Shown here in pieces: positions 47,906 to 55,360 of a DNA stretch of 55,360 bases. How positions within the stretch are numbered: position 1 is the stretch's first letter; every line of letters begins with the position of its first letter. The stretch comes from Mycobacterium sp. (GTDB taxonomy: Bacteria > Actinomycetota > Actinomycetes > Mycobacteriales > Mycobacteriaceae). Under the pieces are notes generated by a model. That model was not told the DNA's origin and did not search any database. It worked only from the letters and a program-made list of their open reading frames with translations. Where the stretch lies: positions 1-55,360 of the forward strand of contig JAQSXQ010000001.1 of assembly GCA_029256565.1 (NCBI GenBank), written 5' to 3'. Position numbers and translations under genes: made by a program.

Positions 47906-48877
47906 TCACGCTAGAGCGGCCTCGCTCGGCTCGTTGTGCCGCTCGATCAGTGCCTGGTTCGGCGCAGGGTTCAGCACGACGTCGTGCTTTCGCAGCACTC
48001 GGTTCACGGTGGAGCGCGACCACGGCACGCGCTGGGCGAGGTCCCGTTCGGAACGTGCCTCGCGTGCGAGCTGGAGGATCAGGGCGTCGCGCTGGTCGAC
48101 GGGCATGGTGCGTGGGTCCAGGTCGGCACTCGGCTGGACGAGTTCCGGACTCATGTTGTCCGGCTCGGCCACGACCGCCGTGACCTCGACGACCTCGGCG
48201 GGCTCAGCGTCCGGCTCAACCTCGACGGGCTCGGCGGCCGCCTGGGCCGGTGAGGTGACCTCTTCGGGCGTCGCATCGGTCTCGATGAGCGGCGCGGCCG
48301 CGGCTGGGCTGGCCACCGGTCCATTCGTCTCGACGGCGACGCCCGGACGAGCCCGGCGCACACCGAGCAGGTGGGCGAGCGCGGCGCCCATGCCCACGAC
48401 GGCGACAGGCACGCACGCGACGCCGACAACGACCTGCCACGGCGCGCGCTCGATGCCTGCAGCGTGGAGCAGGTGGTAGGTGATCTGCCCCGCGGCTCCG
48501 ATCATGAGGGAGGCCAGGACCGACCAGCCCGCGAACGTGCGCGCGGCGGGTCGGATGTTGCGGTGCGTGAGCCAGACGCCCAGGGCGAACGCGGAGTAGA
48601 CCTCCATGCCCAGCGGCAGTGTGATCGCGAGGTTCACGGTCAGGTCCATGATCCCGGGGAGGAGATTCACCGGCCCGAAGCCGGACATCTGGCCCAGGTC
48701 CACCCACCCGCCCCAGATCGCGACGAACGCACCAGCGGCAAGGAGTACGACGGGCCAGCGCGGGAACGACTCGTAGGTATCGGCCGCCTGCTGAGCCGCC
48801 GTCGGCTCAGAGGTGGCCCGGGAGGGCCGGATCACCGAACCGGCGAGAGCGAGGGGTCCACAAGGGTGGTTCATCAT
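47906..48877 (-). CDS. SpdA-like membrane protein with C-terminal HTH
   Basis: Four TM segments (FVAIWGGWVDLG, AITLPLGME, GQITYHLL), acidic linker, SERDLAQRVPWSRSTVNRVL. Confidence 0.65.
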   Translation of the reverse strand: MMNHPCGPLALAGSVIRPSRATSEPTAAQQAADTYESFPRWPVVLLAAGAFVAIWGGWVDLGQMSGFGPVNLLPGIMDLTVNLAITLPLGMEVYSAFALGVWLTHRNIRPAARTFAGWSVLASLMIGAAGQITYHLLHAAGIERAPWQVVVGVACVPVAVVGMGAALAHLLGVRRARPGVAVETNGPVASPAAAAPLIETDATPEEVTSPAQAAAEPVEVEPDAEPAEVVEVTAVVAEPDNMSPELVQPSADLDPRTMPVDQRDALILQLAREARSERDLAQRVPWSRSTVNRVLRKHDVVLNPAPNQALIERHNEPSEAALA

Positions 48878-48890
48878 GCCTCCAATATCC

Positions 48891-48938
48891 GAACGCCGGC
48901 GTTCTAGTTTAGCAGAAACAGAACGCCTTGGTTCTGTT
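48891..48938. promoter_or_regulatory. Two GAAC-N6-GTTC operator palindromes
   Basis: 48891-48904 and 48921-48934. The second extends to AACAGAAC/GTTCTGTT. AT-rich divergent gap. Confidence 0.6.
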
Positions 48939-48950
48939 AGCGTGAGTTAA

Positions 48951-49202
48951 GTGAGCAAGGAATCTGAGCCCGGTGGGCCGCGTGATCCGGGACCTGGGCC
49001 GCGCGGGCTGTACGACAGTGCGCGCCTGGCTCAGCGGCTCGGCGTCTCGCCGGTGTCGTTGCGCACGGCCCGGCACCGCGGGGTCGACTGGCTACCCGAT
49101 CCGGCCGGCGAGCTCAACGGCGGCCCGGTGTGGACCGCGGAATCGCTCGAGGGCATCGAGGACCGTCGCCGGGGCGCGGGGCGGCCGCGTCGGCAGGGGT
49201 GA
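48951..49202 (+). CDS. Small AlpA-like HTH regulator
   Basis: LAQRLGVSPVSLRT...LPDP....GGPVW...GAGRPRR. Confidence 0.7.
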   Translation: MSKESEPGGPRDPGPGPRGLYDSARLAQRLGVSPVSLRTARHRGVDWLPDPAGELNGGPVWTAESLEGIEDRRRGAGRPRRQG

Positions 49203-49230
49203 CCAGAGTCAGCTTCCAGCGTGCTCGGGT

Positions 49231-49620
49231 TCAGGAGTCAGACGGGTAGAGCAGGTCACGCGGAACCTTCTGCGGGCAGTAGACCTGCGCAGCGCCAAGG
49301 GCCAGCACCTGAGCGGTGAAGTCATCGGTGTCCAGCGTCTCGGCGACGTGATCGGTCGCCTCAGACAGCGCCAGATCGTCGTCGCTGACCTTGGCGCACA
49401 CGCCATGGCCTGCAGCGAGGAGGTCGTCTCGCGGGAACTCGATGTCTGAGTTCTGGCCTAGAGCCTCGTCCACGAATGCGAGGAAGCGTTCGTCGTCTTC
49501 GCTCGTCCCGCAGCCAGTGACGACCAGCCCGACCACCACCGCCGCGAGCAGCGCTCCTACGCCCTTGGATCGCCGCGTCACCGTACCCGGCGGTACCTGT
49601 CGGGCGACCCGAGCCGTCAC
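49231..49620 (-). CDS. DUF732-like lipoprotein
   Basis: Lipobox VTGC, D.RFL, AGHGVC, AAQVYCP. Confidence 0.7.
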   Translation of the reverse strand: MTARVARQVPPGTVTRRSKGVGALLAAVVVGLVVTGCGTSEDDERFLAFVDEALGQNSDIEFPRDDLLAAGHGVCAKVSDDDLALSEATDHVAETLDTDDFTAQVLALGAAQVYCPQKVPRDLLYPSDS

Positions 49621-50462
49621 GCGATCCACGCATCGAGGGTGCGGCGAGTGATGCCTGCTCGTGCGGCGAGGTCGACCTTCGTGTGCAGCTGGGCGCGGTA
49701 GAGGCCTCGGACGGCGGTGCGCAGCAGCGCGCGCTGGTGTGCCTCGTCGACGTCGGCGGCGCCGCTGGTGGGTGTGCCGTTGGCGGTGAGTTCGGCCAGG
49801 AGCCGGTCGCCGTGGGTGGCGTACCAGGCTGCGGCGAGGACGTCGTCGGCGGGCTCGAGCTCGAGGACGTGTGCGGCGAGGCGGGCGGTGACGGGCACGA
49901 GTCCGGTGCCGCTGGCGTGGGTGAGCCAGGCGGCTACGAGCCGGGCCGGGCGCACGCTCGCCGGCAGCGGGTCGGGCAGGTCCTTGAACGTGCGGCGCAG
50001 GTCGAGGGCACCTTGCATGCGCACGTCCCAGTCCCATGAGCCGATCGCATCGCCCGCGTGGGCCAGGGCGTCGGTCCACGGCTCACGGTCGGCCACGGGC
50101 TGGGCCAGGGCGAGCAGACGCAGGGTGTGCGCGGCGCACTGGCCGGCGGATAGCGTCCGCCGCGCGGCCTTGTACCCGGTGCGCACGCGGACCTGTCCGG
50201 CCTCGGCCGCGGCCCACGCTCCCCCATCGCCGGCAGGCGGCGTCGCGGCGGCGCGCACTCGGTCCAGCAGGTCGAGGATCGGTCCGGCGTGCTCGTCGGG
50301 CAGGGCGTCGACGCGGCGGGTCGTCATGGGTGGGGCACCTCGGGGTTGCAGGCGGTCGTGCGCCGTGCCGGAGGCGGGGGGTGTGGGGGGCGGCAAGTCC
50401 CTCACGGCGGCGCGGCGGGTAGGGGTGAGCCTACGGGTTCGGGGTGCGGTGGCGGTCGTCAT
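49617..50462 (-). CDS. Hypothetical protein with C-terminal HTH
   Basis: GAGGAG RBS before ATG 50462 (alternative start 50327). Ends TKVDLAARAGITRRTLDAWIA. Confidence 0.65.
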   Translation of the reverse strand: MTTATAPRTRRLTPTRRAAVRDLPPPTPPASGTAHDRLQPRGAPPMTTRRVDALPDEHAGPILDLLDRVRAAATPPAGDGGAWAAAEAGQVRVRTGYKAARRTLSAGQCAAHTLRLLALAQPVADREPWTDALAHAGDAIGSWDWDVRMQGALDLRRTFKDLPDPLPASVRPARLVAAWLTHASGTGLVPVTARLAAHVLELEPADDVLAAAWYATHGDRLLAELTANGTPTSGAADVDEAHQRALLRTAVRGLYRAQLHTKVDLAARAGITRRTLDAWIA

Positions 50463-50530
50463 GGCGGGTCTCCTCGTGTCGGTGCGGGCTGGGCCAGGGC
50501 GGGCCGGTCGTGGCCCGCCCTGGCTGCTGG

Positions 50531-51472
50531 TCACGCGGTCTGGGCTGCGCGGTGGTCGGCGACCTCGTGCCACGGGGCGCGGTCGGTCCAGGAGTAGTCG
50601 GTCTCGACGCTGACGGACTTGGCGTTGACGCGGGCGACGCGGCGCCACCAATGGCCGATCTTGACTTCGTCGCCCTTGGCGACGTTGTGCGGCCCGTAGT
50701 CGGTGACGGCGCCGTCCGCGATCTGCTGCGCGCGCACACCCTCCCAGTGCGCAAGGTTGTCGCGGGCCTCGGCGATCGCCGGCTCGAGGCGACGTCGGCG
50801 ACGGGCCTGCTCGCGCTCGGTCGCGGGCCGATAGCCAGTGTCGGGGTCGTAGACAGGCGCGACGAGCTCGCGCTCGTTCTTGCGGATCTGGGCGGCCAGC
50901 CGGTCGATCCGGTTTCCGACGGTCACCGGGCTGTACCGGGCACCGGTCGTCGCCGTGGCGGTCGCCGCGGCATCCTGGGCGGCGTCGGCGTCGCGCTGGG
51001 CCTGGACAGCGGTTCCGAGCGTGGACCAGGCGCGTTCGGTGTCGCGGCGGTGGCGCTTCTCGGAGTGGTGGCCGATCTTGATCGGCTCCCCGCCCTCGGG
51101 CAGCCGCTCGACGGCGGCCTCGTGCCGCGCGTAGGCGGCCGCGGCGGCACTCTTCTTGCGCTCGGCCTTGGCTGCCAGCGCGTCGACGCGGGCGGCCTGG
51201 CGGGCGATCTTGTCGGCCTCGACGACGGCGGCCGGGCGGGCCGTGTCGTCGATCTGGACCTCGACGTCGTGCCCGGCCTCGCGCAGCGCGGCCGCGGTCG
51301 CCTCGATCGTGCGCACCTTGGCGGCGCGGTCGCGCGACTGCGGCACGTACCACGCGCCGAGGTTGCGGCTCCAGCGCCAACGGTGGGCCTTGAGAACGAC
51401 GTTGGTGCCGTCGCCGCGCTCGGTGCCGTCGATGAGGGTTCCTGCCTCGCGGGTGTGGGTGATGGTCAGCAT
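50531..51472 (-). CDS. DUF3560-domain plasmid protein
   Basis: GEPIKIGHHSEKRHRRD, WRWSRNLGAWY, V.RVN.KSVSV. Confidence 0.85.
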   Translation of the reverse strand: MLTITHTREAGTLIDGTERGDGTNVVLKAHRWRWSRNLGAWYVPQSRDRAAKVRTIEATAAALREAGHDVEVQIDDTARPAAVVEADKIARQAARVDALAAKAERKKSAAAAAYARHEAAVERLPEGGEPIKIGHHSEKRHRRDTERAWSTLGTAVQAQRDADAAQDAAATATATTGARYSPVTVGNRIDRLAAQIRKNERELVAPVYDPDTGYRPATEREQARRRRRLEPAIAEARDNLAHWEGVRAQQIADGAVTDYGPHNVAKGDEVKIGHWWRRVARVNAKSVSVETDYSWTDRAPWHEVADHRAAQTA

Positions 51473-51552
51473 GGTTCGCTCCTGATCGCGCGTGGGGTCT
51501 GGTGGGCCAGCCGGTGGGCCGGGGGTTTCCCTCTCCGGCCCACCGGGGCACG

Positions 51553-51852
51553 TCACGCGCGCAGAGCGGCCCTCTGCCCGAGCCGGGTGGACCACTGCTC
51601 CGGGCTGACGGGGCGCAGGAACCCGCCGACGACGTCGAAGTTTGTACGGCCCTTCCACGTGCCGCGGGTGGCGTGGTCGCCGCTGGCGAGGATGTTCGTC
51701 GCGGACAGCGTCCGGTGGTCCGCGCGGTCCATGCGGTCGAGCAGGTCGTTCAGGTTCTCGCCCGTGCGCGCGGCGCGCTGCTTGGCGAGCTCGATGCTGC
51801 GGTCGAACGCCTCGCGGGCGAGAGACGGGATGGCGGCGGTGTTCTGAGCCAC
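51553..51852 (-). CDS. Hypothetical protein
   Basis: GTG start after AAGGAGG, 99 aa. Confidence 0.6.
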   Translation of the reverse strand: MAQNTAAIPSLAREAFDRSIELAKQRAARTGENLNDLLDRMDRADHRTLSATNILASGDHATRGTWKGRTNFDVVGGFLRPVSPEQWSTRLGQRAALRA

Positions 51853-51921
51853 GGGGGCCCTCCTTCGCGTTGGTGTCGGGTGGCCGGTGGTCTCCGGCCG
51901 TTGTGTGCCCTTCCAACAACT

Positions 51922-51955
51922 CAAGTATACATCTCGAGCGCGTAAATGTATACAT
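51922..51955 (-). promoter_or_regulatory. Promoter/operator with GTATACAT-N13-ATGTATAC inverted repeat
   Basis: TATACT -10 on the minus strand inside the IR. AT-rich patch. Confidence 0.55.
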
Positions 51956-52004
51956 CAGTGGAAAGGCGGGCCGGGCGTGGTTGGCGCCCGGCCCGCTGGT
52001 TGGC

Positions 52005-52337
52005 TCAGTCGAAGAGCTGGCCGGCCTCGTCCTCGGCTGCCTCGTCGGCGGCGTCGATGGGGTCGCGGCCTGCGTCGTAGTCCTCGCGCCAGGGGCGGTC
52101 CGCGATGTCGCGGTGGGTGAGCCAGATTTGGCGCGTGAGCCGGAGGTCGACCAGGGCGAGCCAGAGCGCGAAGTCAGCGTCTCCGTTCGCGTACTCGGTG
52201 ACGTACCGGTCGGGGTAGCCGGTGAGGCGGCGGCGGATGCGCTCCTCGAGGGCGGCGCGCTGCTCGCCCTCGAGCTGGGCAGGGTGGCAGTTGATCGCGG
52301 CCACGCGCTGGCGCATGGTCTGGTGCTCGGTGGTCAT
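52005..52337 (-). CDS. Hypothetical protein
   Basis: GAAGGG RBS, 110 aa (DIADRPWREDYDAG.DP..AA). Confidence 0.65.
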   Translation of the reverse strand: MTTEHQTMRQRVAAINCHPAQLEGEQRAALEERIRRRLTGYPDRYVTEYANGDADFALWLALVDLRLTRQIWLTHRDIADRPWREDYDAGRDPIDAADEAAEDEAGQLFD

Positions 52338-52411
52338 GGGGTTCCCTTCGTGGGCCGGGCTGGTTCTGGTGGTCCGCGGCGGGCCGGTCGTCGGCCCGCC
52401 GCGGGTGTAGG

Positions 52412-52807
52412 TCAGTCCTCGCCGGGGAGGCTGATCGTCACGACCGGCGCGGCGGTGTCACCTGGGCCGACGTGAAGCACCAGGTCGAGGTCCTGGGCCT
52501 CGACCTGGCCCGGGGCGCCCGGGACGCGGGCCACGGTGAACCGGGAGCGGCCCGCGCGAGCCGCGATCGTGGCGAGCCAGAGCACGTCCCACAGTCGCCC
52601 GGTCTCGTCCTGCCCGGCTTCGTGCTCGGGGTTCCACGCGACGGCCTGGGCGTGGGCCGCCTGGGTGAGCGCGACGGGCCAGCAGAACCCTGCTTCCTGG
52701 GCCAGCGGTCCGGCGTCGACGAGCACGCCGTCCGCCAGGGCCTGGGCGCGGGTGTACGTGTGGATAGGTGGGCCGAACACACCTTCGGTGGGGGTTGCGG
52801 TGGTCAT
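52412..52807 (-). CDS. DUF6573-like plasmid protein
   Basis: HTYTRAQALADGVLVD, PVALT, QDETGRLWDVLW, GPGD...PVVTISLPGED. Confidence 0.75.
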   Translation of the reverse strand: MTTATPTEGVFGPPIHTYTRAQALADGVLVDAGPLAQEAGFCWPVALTQAAHAQAVAWNPEHEAGQDETGRLWDVLWLATIAARAGRSRFTVARVPGAPGQVEAQDLDLVLHVGPGDTAAPVVTISLPGED

Positions 52808-52822
52808 GGTGCCCCTTCCTGC

Positions 52823-52883
52823 CAGGTGGTGGGTGGCCGGTGGTCCCGACCGTTTTTCGCCCCCTCCTGGCGTCGTAATCACC
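52823..52883. repeat. 61-bp exact repeat of a 5' leader (second copy 55184-55244)
   Basis: CAGGTGGTGGGTGGCCGGTGGTCCCGACCGTTTTTCGCCCCCTCCTGGCGTCGTAATCACC at both loci. Confidence 0.9.
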
Positions 52884-53060
52884 GCCCGGATAAGCGGCCC
52901 GGAGTGCAACCGACCGGTCCCGGACTGGCGGGGCTCGTCGGCCGAGCTCAGGGAGCGCAGCGACCGCAGTCCGACGAGTTTCGACGGTCCGGGACGCGCA
53001 GCGAGGTCGGTTGCGCGCAGGGGTGCGCGGGCGATGATGGAGAGCCAGGAGGGGGAAAAA
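52853..53060 (+). promoter_or_regulatory. Long imperfect stem-loop (ssi/Frpo-like)
   Basis: Nested IRs: CCCCCTCCTGGC/GCCAGGAGGGGG, CGCCCG/CGGGCG, GCAACCGACC/GGTCGGTTGC, GTCCCGGAC/GTCCGGGAC, CTCGTCGG/CCGACGAG. Loop contains GAGCGCAGCGA. Confidence 0.75.
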
Positions 53061-53206
53061 GACCCGCGCGCAGCGCGGCAACCGCGGCCGCGCAGCGGCC
53101 ACGACTCGGGTTCCGGCCACCGGCCGGGAACACCACCCACTCCGGCGAGCTCGACCACCACAGCCAGCCCCACCACTCCCCCTCCGGCCGCCGGCCGGCC
53201 CCGGGC

Positions 53207-53437
53207 TCAGTCGTGCTTGATCACGAGCTCGACGACAACGACGACGACGCGCGCCACTGTGGAAACCACCGCGGCCCACTCGCCGACTGGCCACCGCGCG
53301 AGCCGCGGCCGGCCGGTCGGCCGGTCGGCGTGCTCGGCCGGTGGCCGGTGGGAGCCCGGTTGCTTGGCGGGAGGGGTCTTGCCCGGCCGGTTCGGTGCCG
53401 CCCAGCGTGGGTAGCTACGTCCCGCGTCGTTCGTCAT
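53207..53437 (-). CDS. Small protein with a C-terminal TM helix
   Basis: GAGGGG RBS, ends WAAVVSTVARVVVVVVELVIKHD. Confidence 0.45.
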   Translation of the reverse strand: MTNDAGRSYPRWAAPNRPGKTPPAKQPGSHRPPAEHADRPTGRPRLARWPVGEWAAVVSTVARVVVVVVELVIKHD

Positions 53438-53711
53438 GGTGTTCCCCTCGTCGTCGTGCGGTCCGTCGCGCCGGCGATCTGGCGCGATCACTGATGGAAG
53501 GTGACCGGTCGTGCCTGGCTGTGACGCCCTCCTGCTCACAACCAACGGGCGAACCGGAGGGCCGTGTGACAGTCGGCGTGGTGCGAAGAACGGGCGAGGA
53601 GTGCCGTCGCGACGTCGACGAGCGAAGGCGGGGGTCCGGGGGGCGGCAGCTCCCCGGTGCCCGTGCCGGCCCTCGATGGGCCGGTACGGGCAGCACCACG
53701 CGCAAACGGCA

Positions 53712-53743
53712 CGCGGCCCGCAGGGACTTCCCTGCGGACCGCG
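53712..53743 (-). terminator. Stem-loop after the ParB-like gene
   Basis: CGCGGcCCGCAGGGA-CT-TCCCTGCGGaCCGCG. Confidence 0.6.
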
Positions 53744-53755
53744 CGCTGGGCTGGG

Positions 53756-55168
53756 CTACTTCTTCTTGGGTGCCTTCCCTCGGGCGATCTTCTCGACGTC
53801 GCTGAGGGTGTAGCCCCAGGTCTCCAGCGCGCCCAGGTACTCGGACAGGCTGCCCTCGTGCCGCCAGGACTGGACCCCGGTCCCGGTCTCGCACGCGGCC
53901 AGGCAGAGCACGAGCGCGATGTGCTGCGCCCGGCCCGCCGTGGCCTTCGCGGCGGCCTGGGCGATGCCCTGGCTGCGGCCCCGGTACGCGCTCGTGGCGG
54001 GCTTGATCCCGAGCCACTGCGCGGCCAGTTCGTGGTCCTTGTCGGCCCCGTGCCCCAGGGTGTGGGTGCCGGTCGCGATCCGTGCGGCGATGAACGCGGC
54101 CGCTCCGGTGGGGGCGGTCTTGCGCTGGGAGAACTCCGCGAGCCACTTCCGTCGGACGACTTCGGCGGACTTCCATGCCTTGTTGTTCTCGATCACCCGG
54201 CGGCGCTCGGCCTTCTCCGCCTCGCTCATCGACCCCTTGCGCTGGGTGCTCGCGGTGCCGTACCGGTCGCCGTGGCCGTGCTTGCGCCAGTTCGTGCAGA
54301 CGTAGACGACCTCGACCCGCTGCCACTGGGCCGAGATGTAGGCCGCGTGGCCGGGGCATTCGGCGTGCGCGTCCACGGTGAGGGCGGTGCCGTTCGCGTC
54401 GTCGGCGGCGGGCTTGAGGCTGTCCAGGCGCTTGATCTTGGCGTCGTCATAGGCGGGCCGGGGAACCTCGGTCACGCTCTGCTTGGCCAGCGTGCCGCGC
54501 GCCGCAGTGATCTCGCCGGCGCGCTGGCGGTCGTCGCGGGCACGCTGGGTCGCGTGGGCGAAGCCGTTCGGCTCCTCGACGGCGACGGCGGTCAGGCTCT
54601 TGACGGTCTCGGGGTCGTCCTCGAACTCCGTGATCGCGGCCGCGACGTCCAGGGGCAGGTCGTACTTGGCCTGGACGGCAGCACCGAATTTCGACCCGGC
54701 GACCGTGAGCGCGCTGGCCACGACACCCTTGTCCGTGCCGGTGCGCTTGGCGATCTGCGCCGCGCTCAGCCCGATGAGCGACAACTGCTGGAACGCGGCG
54801 GTCCGGTGGCTGTCGCGCATGTCCTTGCGGTGGTCGTTCTCGGCCAGCTGCTCGACGATGCGGCGGGCCTCGTCCTCGGTGCCATCGATGATCTGTACCG
54901 GGATCGTGTCCCGCTGGGCCTCCACGGCGGCGAGTGTGCGGCGCTGCCCCTCGAGGACGACCAGGGTTCCGTCCTCGGCGCGGCGCGCGCGAACGGCCTG
55001 CAGAACGCCGTGCTGCCTGATGGAACCGACGAACGCGGGGGTGAGGTCCGCATCGGCGCGCACGTTGACGCCGACGACGAGCGTTCGGGGGTCGACGTGG
55101 GCGAACTCGACGCTCTCGGGGGCTGGTGCCGACCCGACCTCGATGGACGTTGCTTCGGTGGTGGTCAT
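53756..55168 (-). CDS. ParB/RepB/Spo0J-family protein (long, leading-region type)
   Basis: SIRQHGVLQAV, LEGQRRTLAA, QLAENDHR, HTH. No adjacent parA seen. Confidence 0.88.
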   Translation of the reverse strand: MTTTEATSIEVGSAPAPESVEFAHVDPRTLVVGVNVRADADLTPAFVGSIRQHGVLQAVRARRAEDGTLVVLEGQRRTLAAVEAQRDTIPVQIIDGTEDEARRIVEQLAENDHRKDMRDSHRTAAFQQLSLIGLSAAQIAKRTGTDKGVVASALTVAGSKFGAAVQAKYDLPLDVAAAITEFEDDPETVKSLTAVAVEEPNGFAHATQRARDDRQRAGEITAARGTLAKQSVTEVPRPAYDDAKIKRLDSLKPAADDANGTALTVDAHAECPGHAAYISAQWQRVEVVYVCTNWRKHGHGDRYGTASTQRKGSMSEAEKAERRRVIENNKAWKSAEVVRRKWLAEFSQRKTAPTGAAAFIAARIATGTHTLGHGADKDHELAAQWLGIKPATSAYRGRSQGIAQAAAKATAGRAQHIALVLCLAACETGTGVQSWRHEGSLSEYLGALETWGYTLSDVEKIARGKAPKKK

Positions 55169-55183
55169 GTGACCCTTCCTGCG

Positions 55184-55360
55184 CAGGTGGTGGGTGGCCG
55201 GTGGTCCCGACCGTTTTTCGCCCCCTCCTGGCGTCGTAATCACCACCCGCGCGGGGCCCCCGGGCCGCAACCCGCGGTCCGGCCCGACGGCGGGGCCGGT
55301 TTGCGCGGACACGCCTTTCGTCCGCGCGGGCCGGTTTCGACGGCGGGCCGGCGCCGAAGG
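55184..55360 (+). promoter_or_regulatory. Second copy of the leader/stem-loop, cut by the window edge
   Basis: Exact 61-bp match to 52823-52883, followed by CGCAA-CC...GGTTTGCG inverted arms. Confidence 0.6.

Noticed and set aside
48891-48934. LexA SOS boxes
   Set aside because: The spacer is 6 nt, whereas the actinobacterial SOS box is GAAC-N4-GTTC.
51933-51938. CTCGAG in the operator as a methylation switch
   Set aside because: The MTase specificity is unknown and CTCGAG occurs many times in this window.
53756-55168. parAB partition cassette
   Set aside because: No adjacent parA or obvious parS array within the window.
1-55360. Window as a complete circular plasmid
   Set aside because: The ends do not join (a partial ORF on the left, a truncated hairpin on the right) and no Rep gene is visible.

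Overview
High-GC actinobacterial mobile DNA (Micrococcales-like by inference), most likely part of a conjugative or mobilisable plasmid or an ICE. No rRNA, tRNA or CRISPR array was seen, and no Rep, coupling protein or T4SS genes lie inside the window. Layout, left to right: (1) 0.4-5.8 kb: a mini-IS3 remnant and a mobilisation module (accessory gene, relaxase, MobC, candidate oriT). (2) 6.3-12.9 kb: a type II R-M pair, a DndB/DGQHR-like gene, a resolvase with a res site, and small HTH/Zn-finger genes. (3) 13-24.8 kb: an island carrying a LuxR regulator and a ~2570-aa sortase-anchored repeat protein, set between two halves of a dead ATP-dependent DNA ligase. (4) 25-36.6 kb: metabolic cargo (GntR, MFS, D-aminoacylase, enolase-superfamily enzyme, SDR, ASRT, sugar porter, GNAT, VanZ) ending at a 28-bp dif-like site. 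(5) 36.6-43 kb: an IF2_N-HTH fusion, a YhcG nuclease, a 4x23-aa repeat protein and a RecD-like helicase. (6) 43-55.4 kb: a backbone that is almost entirely minus-strand (zeta TA, Fic/VbhA, primase core, NrdH, Spd-like/Kor-like pair, DUF3560, DUF6573, ParB), with several genes preceded by ~200-nt stem-loops. Two leads stand out. First, the relaxase, its partner, the zeta toxin and the Fic toxin share an Arg-rich C-terminal tail, suggesting toxins delivered by conjugation. Second, Frpo/ssi-like ssDNA hairpins have a polarity that matches the predicted nic strand. All family calls come from motif recognition by eye; no database searches were run.
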